Positions 11,687 to 25,289 of a DNA stretch of 64,000 bases are shown here, one piece after another. Where the stretch lies: NCBI GenBank assembly GCA_973895155.1, contig OZ316899.1, positions 10,629,135 to 10,693,134 on the forward strand, written 5' to 3'. This DNA is from Marsupella aquatica (taxonomy: Eukaryota > Plantae > Marchantiophyta). The first letter of the stretch is position 1. Each line of letters opens with the position of its first letter. Both the position numbers and the translations under genes were made by a program. The notes under the pieces are model-generated. The model had not been told where the DNA came from, ran no database searches, and saw nothing but the letters and a program-made list of their open reading frames with translations.

Positions 11687-12317
11687 TAAAACTACCGAGT
11701 CTCACCTTTGCGCTACTGACTGTCACCTTTGTCCAAGGTAGCTAGTAATAGCAAGTTGAAGTCCCGCTCCAAGTGGTCGGCTTCCACTGCAAGCTCCCTA
11801 AAAGATTGTGGCCTCAGGTCCAAGTCGTCAGCTTGCACGCGCAACTCCCTAAACCTACACACAGCGAAAGCTTAGCTCACCAACAACTTGCAAAAACAAT
11901 GACCTCCCCTCTGAAATTGATAAAAACACCTGAATACAAATAGTGAAGCACGAGGATAGAATAGGGAGAAGTGTTTTGCAGTTTGGGGCGACAATGCTAG
12001 GAGTGTATACACTTTGGGCAACAGGGAGGTCCAATAACAGTTTGAATCTGACGGATGAAGCTCTAGGCGAATGAGGTCCAGGAGATTGGGTGCATGATTG
12101 AGCAAGCGATTGTAACAGCAGGCACCAGGCGATTGAAGGAAGCAGCATTCGGCAATGGACCTAGGCAGCTCGCAAATTTCGCTCAGCAGCGATGTCACCT
12201 AGGCCCTAAACACGCAATGCATACATCACGTAGACAACTATACTTGCAGCCACAAGGTGAGTCCGCATCGATAGGGGATTGTAGCCTTACCTGTGCCGAT
12301 GTAGCACCAAGCCACTT

Positions 12318-12896
12318 AGCTTAGTTGACGACCCTCTTGAGATATAAAACAATTAGAACAAACACAAGTTGTCAAGACAGATTCCAACGGAGCAAAAAGT
12401 CCAAAATCAGGTGAATGAAAACCTAAGGAGTCCATAAGAACGAAAGTAGGAAGGCAGGCGCACGGGCCACCAAGAAAAGTAAAGGATGCATGTGATTAGT
12501 GGGAGGGATCTTAGCAAAAACAGGGGAAAGCAAGGGAACTTGCTGCTAAAATCAGCTGAAAGATGCACGGTTCCTATAAATTTAGTGGACCTTAAGGTTG
12601 TCTGTTCACCCCCCACCCCACCATCGGAGCACGGGGCACAAGGCATGTTCTGATACAGGGTGGAGCAAAATAGTCATTTCAAGCAAGAACTGTGGAGTGA
12701 CCAATCAGTAAGCAAAAATAGGGGAGAACAGACATACATCAGCAGCAGCAGGAAACGAGAAAGATGATACTCTGTTCCATCTTAGGGTCGGGAACACTAC
12801 TGCAACACCGGGACTTAGGATATGACTTGTTTTTAAACTGGAGATAGCATCCGGCAGGCCGGCGACCCATGGCAAAAGGGCAAAGCAGCAATCCGC
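12318..12896. repeat. ~580-bp direct repeat, copy 2
   Basis: Near-identical to 11104-11686. Confidence 0.9.
12781..12870 (-). pseudogene. RPL10: Second RPL10 N-terminal fragment
   Basis: [30 protein letters not shown]. Confidence 0.85.
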
Positions 12897-14365
12897 CATG
12901 TAGCGATAGACGAGAGCAGCAATTACGTCGACGAAAGATGGTCAAAGCTGAAGCAAAACCCCTAAAGATGCAGCTTGGCCATACTCTCCTTCCTCACCTG
13001 ATAGCGCTAGGCATTCAACCTCCCTCTTCAATGAACCTCACAGCAACTTGAAGGTTGATAGATTTTACCTCGTCTCCTGAGCAAAAACGTCTACATTAGC
13101 TGAACAGAGCTATCGCATTTAGCCTCCCGACTCCAAAATTGAACGCAACACAACCTCCAACTCCCAATGGCAGCTCAGTAGGTTGATCAGCTCCATAAAT
13201 GCAGGTCAGTCAACCTCAATAGCCACACTAGAAGCTCACCGCAAGTCACTCAAAGGTCAGACTAGAAGCTCCGCCGCCTTCACACCGTAGCAAAAAACAA
13301 TGAGACCAATAGCAATTACGACAAAGCTTCAAAATGGCAGGTGTGTTCTTCGATCCCGCACAGATTAGCATAGAAATCCCTTGCGCTTCTACCTCCCTCC
13401 TTGTTCTACCTTGGGCTCAAACAAAACTTCAAGGAGGAATAGGGTTCCGGTATGCACTGGACAAGAAGTCAGTGAGTGAGGGTCCCGTAGTCGACGCGAG
13501 AAAAGCCGAGAGTAAGCAGAGTGAGTGAGAGTAGTGGCAGCAGAAGACAAATCAGACGCGCACTCACGCACAATGCACCTCAACACTGAACACAAAGAAC
13601 TGAACCTAGTGAGACTCGAAGCCTTTGTGTTGACATGAGCCGTAAACCCTAAAGCAAATTGGACACAACACAATATGAGCAAAGATTAAATGAACGCACA
13701 GGACTAGGATTAACCTTACAATAGCCTTGTTGCATGTTCATTAATTAAGAGCATAAATGATGAGCCTAAAAGAAAATACTATCTAAGATCAAGCCTTCTT
13801 CATATGCATATATATGTATAGCATGCAAAAATACAGTAGGTGGACATCCAATGTTCTATGGCTGGTTAGAGGGTAGGACAAGTGGTAAAGATGGGGAAAA
13901 TTAGAGATAGACTACAAAAAGCATTAAGTTAGGTTAATAGCAAGGTTTGACAAAGCCGGCCTGTATTCGTTTGAATGGGGCTGGGGCTTCATTGTGTCTA
14001 AATGGGGTCAGGAGTACTGATGGTTTAAAATGGTATGACTAAACTATTATTAAATTGATGTGGAATGACATATGGTGTATCCAAAATTGCATGTATATGG
14101 TCGCGGATCCCATACTTTAAGGTTTAAGGGTTCAAATGTAATGGTCTCATAAGTTGTACTCTAATGTAGAGTCACTTGTATAACTTCACCCTAATTTCCT
14201 TAACTGAGTTATACTTACAACTTACCTAAAAGTTGTAAACGTGACTCGGAAAAACTTCACCAAAACTCAGTCACGAAGGTGTGACTAACATGACACCAGC
14301 AACCTTGGAGTCGCTATTTCATGAAGGTCTTGGACAAGTCACACATCTCCAGGTCTCAAAACGGG

Positions 14366-14381
14366 CCGGTTTCTTCTAGTG
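14366..14381. repeat. CACTA terminal inverted repeat of copy A
   Basis: Reverse complement is CACTAGAAGAAACCGG, 15/16 identical to the copy B TIR. Confidence 0.88.
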
Positions 14382-17300
14382 ACAATGGGGGAAACCCATT
14401 CGCTAGATAAGACGGGGTAGATGATGTCCGCCATGATCAGTTGATCTAGTTCCTCTTTTACCAAGATGGAGTGTCGTGGATTTAGTCTTCGTTGTCTCTC
14501 TCGGACAGCATGAGCACCCAAATTTAGGTTGATGACGTGTTCCCCATAGGCCGGTGAAATCCCGGTTAAGTCCGGTGACTCCATGCAAAGACGTCCTCAT
14601 ACTCCGACATGAGTTCTTGGATAGTTTTTTCCTCCGGGGCCCGTAGGCCATAACCCACATTGAATGTTTTCTCCCTCCCTGTGGTGTACTTGCGATAGTG
14701 CTCCTTGCGGATTACGTCTACATGGTCTTGTGTGGCCCGATCAAGATGGTCTTCCAATTCCTTGAGCCTGGTGCCATCGTAGACCACGGGTTCCCAGACC
14801 GTTGGCTGCTCTTTGGGTAGCTCCTTTGGTTCATCCTTTATCACGGACGGCACCTCGGGGCTCCATGTAACTTTCTTCCTCTTGAATGGAGTGGTAGCCA
14901 TGATAGCGCCCTCCTTAAGTATACCTGGCAAGGCGCCCTGGCTAACGACCTCTGTAGGGCTCACTGTTACTGGGGATTCTGTACCCGCTGCCAGCTCACT
15001 ATTCTCTAGGGGCGTTGGGACCTTGGCCAAGGGCACTGGCCTGGGATGGTTCAGAATATGGGCCTCTCGGGTGGCACTTACCCCGAAGACATCCTCTTCA
15101 TCAAGCTGAGAGATTAACTCCACCATATTTACCTCTTCTTATGAGATTTCCTCCTCCGAGTCATATTCTTCGGGTCCCTGGGGAGTTTTGCCCTGATAGT
15201 CCTCCTCCTTCCATGATACCATTGTAGTCGGGTTACCAAATCATAACTCCTTCTTTCCCCAGTCGGTAATGACTCGGGCACTGTATAACCAGGGTCTGCC
15301 CAACAGTACAGGGTAAGACAAGGGTCCGACTCGTCGCATCACCAGGTAATTTAGGAAAAACTTGAGACCCCCAATCAATGTAGATTTTTTGGTCAACATT
15401 CCCAACGGCATGATTCGGGCGCCGTTTGCTAGCCAAATGGCGCGGGCGGTAGGTTGATATGACATATATCCCAACCTCACGGAAGTGTGTTCCATCATGA
15501 TATTTACTCCGGACCCGCCGTCTATCGGTACAAACCAAATAGTGCAGCCCAATATCTTGATAGAAATCTCAGGCGCCCCTAGGTCCTGGTAAATCATCAT
15601 ACAGTCGGCTAAGGTGCTTACCCAAGGGAGCTGTCTCCGCCTCTTTCCTATCAGCATCTCCTTGAGTTGTTGCCGATACTTTGGGTTATCTTGCAACAAT
15701 TGTCTGACGGTGGCCGTGGCTGCACAATTTTGAACGTCTTTCTTGATGTCGTATTGGTTTGTCGGTGGGGTCGCAGATTTTGACGCTTCTGCTTCCTTGG
15801 CTTGAGCTTCCAAGGCAGCCTTAGCTTCCTCAACTTCTTCAGCGGCCTTAGCGTCGGCAATATCCTTTTTAATGGCTTTTTTGTGCTCTTGGGCCTCGTA
15901 GGCTTCCAACTGCTTCTTGACCAGCTCCTCTACTCGCGGGTAAAACAACTTTGGGTGATCCTGCTGGTAGTCTTCCTGCTCGTCTGTTTCTACCGGACTA
16001 TGCTTCTCCGCGACCACGTCTCTCTGCTTGTCATCCTTCCGCGCCTGTCCATCCTCATACTTGTCCTTCTTGCGAGATGATCAGGTAGAAACGCGGTAAT
16101 ATTTGTCATCCGCGGGTGCCCCCGTTTGCTCAACTGCTTCTATTAGATCGATCCACTTGGTGGTGTTGTCCTGCCATCCCACCGTTACCATCTGCACCAC
16201 CGCATCCATAGTCAGTGGGGTCGCGGGTAGAGTGGCTCGGACGGCTCTGGCCTTTGCGGCCAACACCAAGGGATAGTTTGTCGTGGAATGTGCCTTGGTT
16301 CAATAGACCTGGCACAACGGAAGTGCTCTCCCATCCCTTGCTTCCATTGCTCCGTGCATTCTTGGGCAAAGTGACTAGGTTTCTCACAATTATAGCACCC
16401 CGGGGTCCGCCAGACTTTGCGTTTAGGCGGGATACTTGGATTACTAACCACCTGGGGGCCACGCCCATTCGCTGGATACGGATACAGATTATGGAACCCT
16501 GGACTGTGGTCGCTTATCGTGCAAGGTCCCGTCATACTCATCTGGAACACCGTCTTGGTTGGATCCTCGAAGAAGTATTCCATCATGCTTCCCTCCGGCT
16601 CGGACTGTCCGGGCTCCAACTCTATCTGGTGTACATGAGTGTTCCATCTTGGGCATTCCTGCACCACGTGTCCAGACTGATAACACTTGGAGCACCAAGC
16701 ATGCGCTCGGGTTTTCGGTGGTTTCTTTTTGTCTGGCGATTCCTCCGCCAAATGCACGGATAGTGCTTTTAGCCGGTCGGTGATCTCGTTCAACTTCTCT
16801 ACCTCCGTGGCCTTGGGGTCTGTGGTGACAACCTTTGATCGCGGTTTATGTTTACCCGTATCTAACCGTGATCCCTTCTTCCTTTGGCGGTTACAAGAAT
16901 CTGACTTGGTGTCGCTAGAGGATGAGCCAGTCGAGGTTGGACTACTGGATAGTGAATTGCTAGACTTTGAGTCAAAGTCCGAAGAGGAGCTTGTCCGCCC
17001 CTTTTTCTTATGCCGCCGTCTTTTCTTCCTTTTCCTCTTGTCATACTCAGAGTCGGAATCACTGAAGGTATGACACCTCCTGCTCTTCTTATGCTTGATC
17101 CTCCGATTAAGTTGAGAGGCGTAGTGCGATTCCCTGAAGGATTTTGCACTATTGATTGCCTATTGTAGGGTGGTGGTCTTCTTTTCTAGCACTGAGAACG
17201 CCATCTTCTGAGGTAGCGCGTTGACAAACCATTTCCTCAACAGGGAGTCATCGGGCTTAGGCCAAATCTTGGCGGCAACCTTTTGGAATCTCTGCAGGAA

Positions 17301-17520
17301 TTTGCAAAGTGAGTCATGCTTACCCATCTGCATCCGTCCAATTTTTGACAGAGTCCGGGATTCGATACCCACAGGCCTGAACTCTTGCAAGAATGTCGTC
17401 TAGAACTGGCCCCATGTGAAGCCGGGGGGTTGCAAGTTAAACCACGGCCGTGCTTCTCCCCATAGCACGCCTGGAAGAATGGTTAGCTTAATGGCTTCCT
17501 CGCCATTTGCCAGTAGCTAA
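14382..17520 (-). mobile_element. Degenerate Ty3/gypsy gag-protease-RT(start) remnant
   Basis: Gag (GEARPWF..., FLQRFQKVA..WFVNALP), zinc knuckles CSKCYQSGHVVQEC and CYNCEKPSHFAQEC, protease IDGGSGVNIM, RT N-terminus (YEDVFAWS, VKEELDQL..IIYPV..SEWVSPIV). Truncated at the 5' side near 17520. Confidence 0.88.
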
Positions 17521-17719
17521 GTCTATTGACCAAAATTCTAGTTCGTTGATGGACTCCATCCTACGCCGGATGATCCTAACTGATCTTGTCCTAATCCTTC
17601 CTACTGCGCCACTAATCAGTGCCTAATGATAACTATTATGTTGTTAAGCCTAATAAAAAAAGATGCCGCTGACCCGACCGCAACGAGCAGCGCCTGTCCG
17701 CTCCCTCTGCTAACCACCC

Positions 17720-20097
17720 CTTATGTGCAAGCTACCGTCGGTCCAGGGTTTGTCCTCTTGTCGGGACGAGACCTTGAGCCGCCTTGATTAGAGGTGGGTC
17801 CAGGTCCATTCCGCTGACTTACAAGCAGGGTAATGCGCTCCTGCAAGGCCTTGTTATCCTGTACTGCCTCCTCTGCCTCATTTGTAGCTTTGTTGGCCTT
17901 GGTCTAGAGCCGTGCTACCTCTAGGCTGAGCTGGCCGATGGAGTCACGATGGATCTGGTCTTGCGCCAACAATTTATCTCGCTCGACGGAGAGACTAGCC
18001 ACCTGCTAAGCTACCTGCAAGAACTGTTTGTTGAGGTTGGTCAGGCTGGTAACCCAAGCCAAGGACTCTGAGCGCAGCTGAAGCACAATGTCGTCCAGCT
18101 TCTTGAGATCTGCTTGCGCCACGCCCAACTTCTGGGTGAGTCCTTCCCGTTGTTTGACGGTGCGGACTAACTCTTCATGGCGGGTGGTGGCTTCCTCCTC
18201 AAGGTGTTCTATTAGCATTTGGAGGCGCCCGATCTCGTTCCCCTTTGCCACGAGTTCTTCCTTCAAGCAACTTACGATCCGTGGTTGGTGCTCTAACATG
18301 AAGAAGGCTGGTTGGAAGTACGCCGAGACGTGTTGCTCGATGTACGTCGCTAGTTCCCTTGACAGAGTCTGGCTAAACTTCTGGACCAGGTTGTAGGCCA
18401 TGGTCCCCGGGACTACTTGGTAGTCCTCCATCCTCTCGGGCACTGGTGGTTCCTCGGGCAGGGCGGCGACCTCCTCCATAGTCTGCACTGGGGAGGGGAA
18501 AGTTTCTTCAGGTGGTGGAGGGATTGGGGGTGGTTGTACTGGGGGTGGCGGAGGCTCGACGGAAGGGGGCGGCGGGATTTCAACGGGAGGAGGTGGCGGA
18601 GTATTAGTTGGGGCCAATGGCTTGGGGTTTGCCCAAGGCGTGGGAGTCCGCGCGCTCGGGGTAGCCTCCTCTAGAGCGGGAGCGACGCTAGTCGGGGCTG
18701 AGGTGGCCATATTCTTTCCCCTGGCCTCCCGCTATGCCTTGTACCAGGTGAGGATGATGGCGATGTGACTTCCTAGGTAGGTCCTTCCCTCGATAGACAT
18801 ACCTGCTTGAGCCCGCTTAAGCTCCCCCAAGAACCTGCGGCAAAAGGGCACAGTTCCGCCGCTTGTACTGTTACACCTGTACGATCGTACAGAGGGAGAT
18901 CTCAGATTGTGGCTCGATCATGTGTAAGGTAGTCCGTATGAAGTTAAGCCGCTCCATGCAGACTAAGTTGGTGCATGACCCCTGCTTGTACCCGTTGTCT
19001 GTCTTACCCTTGGGTGTGAAGTGTCGGGGTGTATACTCCTTATCCCGAATTCGGAGTTCAACCGACACAGGCCCAGTTGGCAGACAAAAGATATGTGCCA
19101 ACCGATACTCCGTAAGCGATAGGGTCTACCCTGAAACTTTGGTGGCCGCCGCATCAATGTCAAAGTTGGAGATGAACTCATAAACCTCCTTTGGCCTGGC
19201 TACGGCCTCCATAGCAAGTGAGCAAACTGCTCCAACTGATGCTCTTTGAGATAGTCCGCGTGGTCGGGTTTCTTGATCGCTGTCCAGACTACCTCGGGGA
19301 TGAGGATTACCTGAAATAAGTTGGGTTGTTGATTATTCGAGGGCCATAGGGATTGGTTGGTCGGCGGGTCGGCCGGAGCAAGTGCAAGGGCAGCGTTGGT
19401 CCGTGCGGTTGGTTGGGGGGCCGGCGTCGTCCTTGCCCACTTTCGAGAACGCTGCTCGAGCTGCAGACTAACTCATCCGTCGAAACCTGAAGAGCACTCG
19501 GTGTTATTCACCTGAGGACTTGGGTTTGGTTTGGCGGTACGCCGGTAGTTGTAGGCTGAGTAGTCGGGGTGCCGTCGGAGTAGCCATATCCCAGTCGAAG
19601 GTGTTGGAGCTTTCCCCGAGAAAAGTGAGATTATGTGCCGCTTCCTGTTGTCTGCTGATGTCTTCTTCACGCTTCTTGGCTACAATCTGTTGGTCAATGT
19701 AACCTGGGATCTTGACAAACTCCGCTTGAGTCAGCCTCAGGCTGCCCTTTAGCCTAAAGAACTTTGCGGGGACTTCAAGAATTGCCTCTGCTACCAATCT
19801 AAGTCCCTCCTTGCTGATATATAGCTCGGCGATGTAGTCCTGCAACTTGTTGTAGCTAGAATCCCTGGTGATGGCTGTCTTCTCACAGTTAACCTGTGCT
19901 ACCTTGGCCACCAACTTTGCGTATCGTTGTTTGTAGGCAGCTTTCTCGGGGCAAGAGTACCAGTAAGTCTCGAAGAACTTTGCACCTACCTCGCCAAACA
20001 AGGTCCAAAATCCCAAAGCTGTAAGGGTCATACTAACCTTTGCAGTTTGGTTCCCCTTGGGTCCGTATAACGAATTTTGGGAGGCGGCCACTGACAC
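17720..20097 (-). pseudogene. Retrotransposon accessory gene (plant-transposon/Transposase_32-like domain, Pro-rich linker, coiled coil), degraded; 3' end approximate
   Basis: Fragments 19504-20097, 18871-19181 and 18006-18710. Motifs AHIFCLPTG..TDNGY..C....ERLNFIR..LHMIEP.SEIS are shared with 21073-21999 and 59696-63076. Confidence 0.72.
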
Positions 20098-20303
20098 GCG
20101 CTAACCCGGACTGGCAGAGTGGCCGGTACACTGCAAGCGTGAAAGTCTTGGTCTATAAGCAACAAGGAGGCGACGAGCGATCGACGAGCTCTCAGGGTAT
20201 AAAAAGGGGGCCGATCCTTTGCAGTGCACCAGTTCTTCAAACCACGCGCTAGCTTCGACCCTAGTTCTCTTGCTTATCCTTAGTTGCCTTCCATCTCCTC
20301 TGA

Positions 20304-22905
20304 ATGTCGCACACGATCCTTTCCAGTTTGGCCATACAATTTTGGACGCAGTTCTTGTCTATCGAAGGGCACTTGGCCAACTCATTGAAACATGCCAACC
20401 CGCGATGATACGAGATCAAACGCGAGTACGAGAGAGCCATTTGCCTAGCAGGCCGCCATCACTATCTCCTTAACTTTGATTACCCGTCCCAGAGCAAGCT
20501 TTACCAACCCAAAGAAATATCAGGGTACTTCTTTGACGGAGGCAAATATATCGGCTTCTGGGAGGCATTGCTTCGGCTCCCGGACGAGGTCTTCAATATC
20601 CCGGGCATGATCGACTTACAGCAACACCACTTTGACCACATTCCTGCTCGGGTCCAAGACATCATCAACAGTGAGTCCAGCGCTACAAGATCTACAAGGG
20701 CGCCTACACTTGCGTCAGAAAAACTCTACCGGCACCTACAAAATTTCATGGCAACCACACCATCAACCACCTGTGCTAGCCCAGCCGTGCCCGCACCAGC
20801 ACCAGCTCAGGCTCAGGCTCCACCTCAGCTTAGCCAACCCCCACCCCTACAGGTGAGATCCATCATCAACGCTATGGACCTCAGCGACGACAAAGAGGCT
20901 ACCTTACCCCTGCTCAGGCGGCCTAGAGGAGTAAGTACCCAGGGAGCCGGCACTACATCGCCCCTTCCCCAGGCCCGGACCAGAGTAGTGGCTCCAGCAG
21001 ACAACACGGTGACCGTAGCCGCCCTGGCCCCAATACTAACGGCGGTGGCACTACCTACACCCGATCGAGAGGATGGGGAGATGTCACCTTCCCCGAGCCA
21101 GTCTCGGGGAGGAAGAGGAAGGAACCCGCAGCTATATCCGGGCTACCCATGGCCACGGTAGCCGCGGCCAAGGTAACAATGCACCGCATGGGGGAAACGT
21201 GCATAAGAACATCCTCCACCCCAAACATGCGGTGTACTTGAAGACTCAAGGGTTCGAGCACCTTGCCTCTCTCCCCTGGAACACCTACCGATACTACAGG
21301 GAGGACATGACGGAGTTCGTCAAGAATTATGACGACGTCTGTCAGCATACTCGGCTGCGGGGGAGGAATATGTCCGTCACAAAGGAACGGCTCACGATGA
21401 TCTTTGGGCTACCCAAAGGCAATCACCGAGTCAAATCACGGGCTCCCGAGGGCAAGGGAGCCAAGTACCAATCCTTGAGTTTTCCCTTCGAGGGGTCAGT
21501 GGACAACGGGTTTGCGATGAGGACCTGCCTCATCCCCAAGATAGCTGAGCGTCTGGAGTTCCAAAGGTACGCCCTCCACATGATGGAACCCCGGGGCGAG
21601 ATCTCCGCTGCCCAGGTTATTCAGGTCGAGAACTATCAACCTAGGAAGTGGGCTTTGTACTTCGCTAAGAAGTTCCATGAAGAGATGGAGCGGCGAAGGA
21701 AGTCGCTATACATTGGCGGGAAGGCATATTTCGCGAGCCACATCAAGATCATTCTCGAGTGGTACGTCCGGTTTGATCGACGGACCCTTCCCCGGGTCAA
21801 CGTAACTAAGTTGGTCCCAACTAAGTGGATCTTCCCGGCCTTGGAGAGACGGCCTCAACCCGAGGCCCGAAGTCCGGCGGCGACGCAGGCCTCACCCATC
21901 CAACCTCCACAGGTAGCGGTAGCCGTGGCCGAAGAAGTACCGGAAGAGGTAGTGATCGCAACCTTAGACGTGATCAACCAGGCCGGGCCTGGTGCATAAG
22001 TCGGGGCGGTGGAGGCCTTGCCCGAGCCCGAAGGTCCAGAAGACCCACCAGTGGCTATTCCAGAGGACGGCCCGATGGTGGAGGAGGACACTCCAGCCCT
22101 TCCAAAACTACATCCCCAGGGCTGGATGTCACTACCCCGGCTCCCACGCGAGTTAATGTCTGCCCGTGCCCAACTCCAGACGGGCATAACCTTGACCACC
22201 CAGAACTCTTTGTACCGGGTACATTTCTAAATGGGCTTTTGGGAGATTTCTCCCAACAGGTAGTCCGGGATACCGGGGAGTTCATGGCTCGGAAGGTAGC
22301 TTACTTCTTCAATCAAGAGTTGGTTACCGAAGTAAAAGCAGGTCGGGCTCAGTCGGAGGCCCTTCAGCAGATAGAGCGGTACCGGGTTGAATCCGTGTAC
22401 CTAAAGGATGAAGTTGCAGCTCAAGAGGCTGAGCTTCTACAACTACGACCCAAGGTTGCAGTCGCCGATGAGTTGTTAGCAAATGCGCATGCCCTTATCG
22501 CCTTGGCCGAACAAGCCAAAGCCGGGAAGGAGGCCGAGATTGCACGGCTCCGGACCCAGGTTGACAGTTTGAAGAACCAAACTGTCATCTGGCAGAAAGA
22601 CCTAGAGGAGGCCAAAGAGTGGGCCCAGCGTGACATTGCGGAGATTGCCACCCTGCAGGCAGAAGTGGCACGGCTTCAAGGCCAAAGCCAAGAAACAAAC
22701 CTAGGTGGTGGACAAGCTGACGAGCAACGCCCAGCAACTGGAAGAGGCATGCCAAGAGGCAGCTGAGGAGACGGACGTGGCAAAGCAAGAAAATGAATCT
22801 CTGCTGGACCAAGTCCAGCTCCTTAAGGCGGACAACGACAGACTCCATAGGCAGCGGGATGGTCGCTCCCACTCGGACGGCTCTGGCAAGCGCACCAGAC
22901 ATTAG
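20304..22905 (+). pseudogene. Paralogous retrotransposon accessory gene in divergent orientation, with stops and frameshifts
   Basis: ATG at 20304 (MSHTILSSLAIQFW..) is in frame with the 20568 ORF. Core GFEHLASLPW..EFVKNYD..RLRG..VTKERLTMIFGLPKG. C-terminal coiled coil at 22300-22905. Confidence 0.75.
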
Positions 22906-23268
22906 CGGAGGGTTAGGATTAGAATAGACTTAGGAGTAGCTAAAACAGGCTGGTAGGACAAGTGCCGGCCAGAAGATAGCGGCGCTGACACATTAGCCAG
23001 TCTGTGTAGAATAGGTTAGACTAATAGGACAAGTAGGCTCCAGCTTACTAGGGATATAAGTTAGCGTAGATTCGGGCACGAGGCCAGGCCGGTCCTCAAC
23101 CCTTAGTATTTAGCGGCCCCCCTAGTAGAGGTTAGGGAGGGGGATTTTAGACTCAGAAGTTGGCCATTCGCAGTACGCACGGGGAGTCCCAAACTTGGTG
23201 AAGTACCGGAGTACCAAGGGGAGGGTACATGACTAAGCTTGCTGGACGAGTGCGAAGCTGGGCTCTAT

Positions 23269-23818
23269 TGTAGTGTATACTCCTCAGCCTTGGGCCCGGT
23301 TGTCACTAGGTGTCGGTCAACCAATCGTAAAGTGTATGATCATAAATGAATGAAATCCTTTCTCCTTAATTCCTTCGTGTAAATCAAGATTTATGTATGT
23401 ATGCATGTATGAGTCTTGTGTGCAAGTATCAATGTTGGGCCGAACACGTTATGTCAACCATGCACGGGGTGCAGGATATGGGTATGGGGTTGCGAGCCCG
23501 GGTTGAGCTCTTGTACTAACGGATCCGGATCAAAGGCGATAACACAAAGGCTTAGAAGTCCGTGAGCCAGGGTCGACCCCGTGTCGACTAAGGTACGTTC
23601 CGGCAGTGGAACACAAACTATACCTAGGAGGTGTCTGTACATAACCGTAAGCGCACTCAGCACTAGTTTACGTGAATTATGAGCATTCCGTGCGTCCCTC
23701 CCTGCCCGAACCCTCATATTCACAAAGGATGTGCCTGTCCAAGCCAAAGCCTGGGTTAAGGCCTAGGCTGACAACGTGACACTTGCGTTCTGTTAAGTGA
23801 CACGTTACCCGTGTCACA
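23269..23818. repeat. LTR-like terminal segment ending ...GTGTCACA; left boundary uncertain
   Basis: Ends in CA at the abrupt junction with another gypsy's coding sequence. Terminal hairpin GTGACACG-n5-CGTGTCAC. No partner LTR or TSD in the window. Confidence 0.5.
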
Positions 23819-25271
23819 TTTGCCGATACCAAGGAGCCAATTCCATTCAACTCCAACAAGGGAGGCATGAAGGCTTTGGCCGAGAAGCAAGTTGGGAAGC
23901 AAGTCAAAGAGGCGTCCTCTTTGCACCTGGAAGCGAATGTTTACAATGTGGAGTCGGATGGCCCCATGATGGAAACGGATAAGTTTTACAAGCTCTTGGT
24001 GGATCTGGTGCGAGAGAGATCCGGATGGAGTGATCTAGTGCTGATCAATGCGATAACTGTTGAGGTTGGGGCTAGCTGGGATGCCTCGATCGAGTCAAAA
24101 AGGAAGAAGACCGATGAGGATGACACTCCATCTCAATCAGGGGAACGAGAGAGGCGGGATACGCAAGACAAGGAAAGGAGGGTTAGGTTCAAAGATGAGG
24201 AAATGAGTGAGAAAGAGCCGGAAAAAGGGAAACCGATCAGAAAGGATCCGGGATGGGTGTTTGGCAGGGATGTTGACCAGGCTATGTACCCGGAGGTTGT
24301 AGCTGAAAAATTATGGAGCCAACAAGCTCAAGGGTTTACCAATGCTGAGTTATTTGGCAGCATGAGGCGGGAGATCCAGGAGACAATCTTGGAGAGATCC
24401 AAGAGGAAACGGATTTACAAAGAGAGCCCTCACACCTTGATGGGGGAGGTTGGCAAGAAGGAATTAGGGAGTTTCCAAACCTACACTGTTGGGGTGTCCA
24501 TGGGTTTAGGAAGAGAGCTTGCTAGCCCCAAAGAGTCAGACTTGGGGAAGCCAAAGAGGGTCAAGTCCCTTGGAGGGGAGCTCATGGATTGTGATAAGTT
24601 CATCAGTGCTTGTTTGGAGCTAGAGAACTTGGACGATGAGTTCTTCAATGCGGAAGAGGAGCTAGTGGACTTGGACGATGAGTTCTTTGATGCGGAAGAG
24701 GAGCTCATGGGAACCGGAAGCAAAGCTGAGTCTGTGGCAAACAGGGAACCGGCTAAAGGGAAAGAGCGAGAAGGCATTACTGCACAATCAAGGACCATTC
24801 ATGTGATGGGCTCGATGAAAGGGAACGGTTATGCTTACCAAGATGGATACTGGGCTCAAGCAAGTCCAAAGAGCAAGTGTGAGCTGGAAGGAATGGAAGG
24901 CAAAGTGCGGGCGCTCATTGATACTGGCTCGGAGTTCAACCTGATGGATCCAAAGCTGTTTCAAAAGGGGAATTGGCCGGTGGATAATGAGTTTCTTTGG
25001 AGTATGAATTTTGTGAGTTTCATGAAGGACTATCTTTGGGGCGGATGTCCAAATGTGATGGTGAAGTTTGGGAATGTCAAGCAGACTTGTAACATTTTTG
25101 TTCACGAGCACTTGTCATTTCTGGTGATACTGGGCATGCCGTTCATTACTGAATGGAGGATGGAGACGAAGGTTCTGGACGATACTACCTTCATGGTGAA
25201 GGTTCAAAGCAAAGATGGGAAAGAGGTGGTTCAATTTCCGGTTGTTTTACCTGGGAACGAGAGGAATAGAA
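23819..25271 (+). mobile_element. Ty3/gypsy element 2: gag C-terminus and aspartic protease (left of the CACTA-B insertion)
   Basis: RALIDTGSEFNLM...VILGMPF protease motifs. Reading frame runs into the CACTA TIR at 25272. Confidence 0.85.
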
Positions 25272-25289
25272 CACTAGTAGAAACCGGGG
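25272..25289. repeat. Left TIR of CACTA-B
   Basis: CACTAGTAGAAACCGGGG, followed by ATTTAGACC which is also mirrored at the right end. Confidence 0.95.

Larger units (their letters stand above)
1..14381 (-). mobile_element. CACTA (En/Spm) DNA transposon, copy A; left end lies outside the window
   Basis: Terminus ccggtttcttctagtg (= CACTAGAAGAAACCGG) ends at 14381, exactly where a gypsy RT frame is broken (SEWVSPIV|). Contains an En/Spm transposase and the same gene order as complete copy B. TSD would be ACA (14382-14384) but cannot be confirmed. Confidence 0.88.

Noticed and set aside
17520-23823. TSD-bounded solo LTR
   Set aside because: No TTTTG copy adjacent to a TG start was found on the left, so boundaries and orientation remain unresolved.
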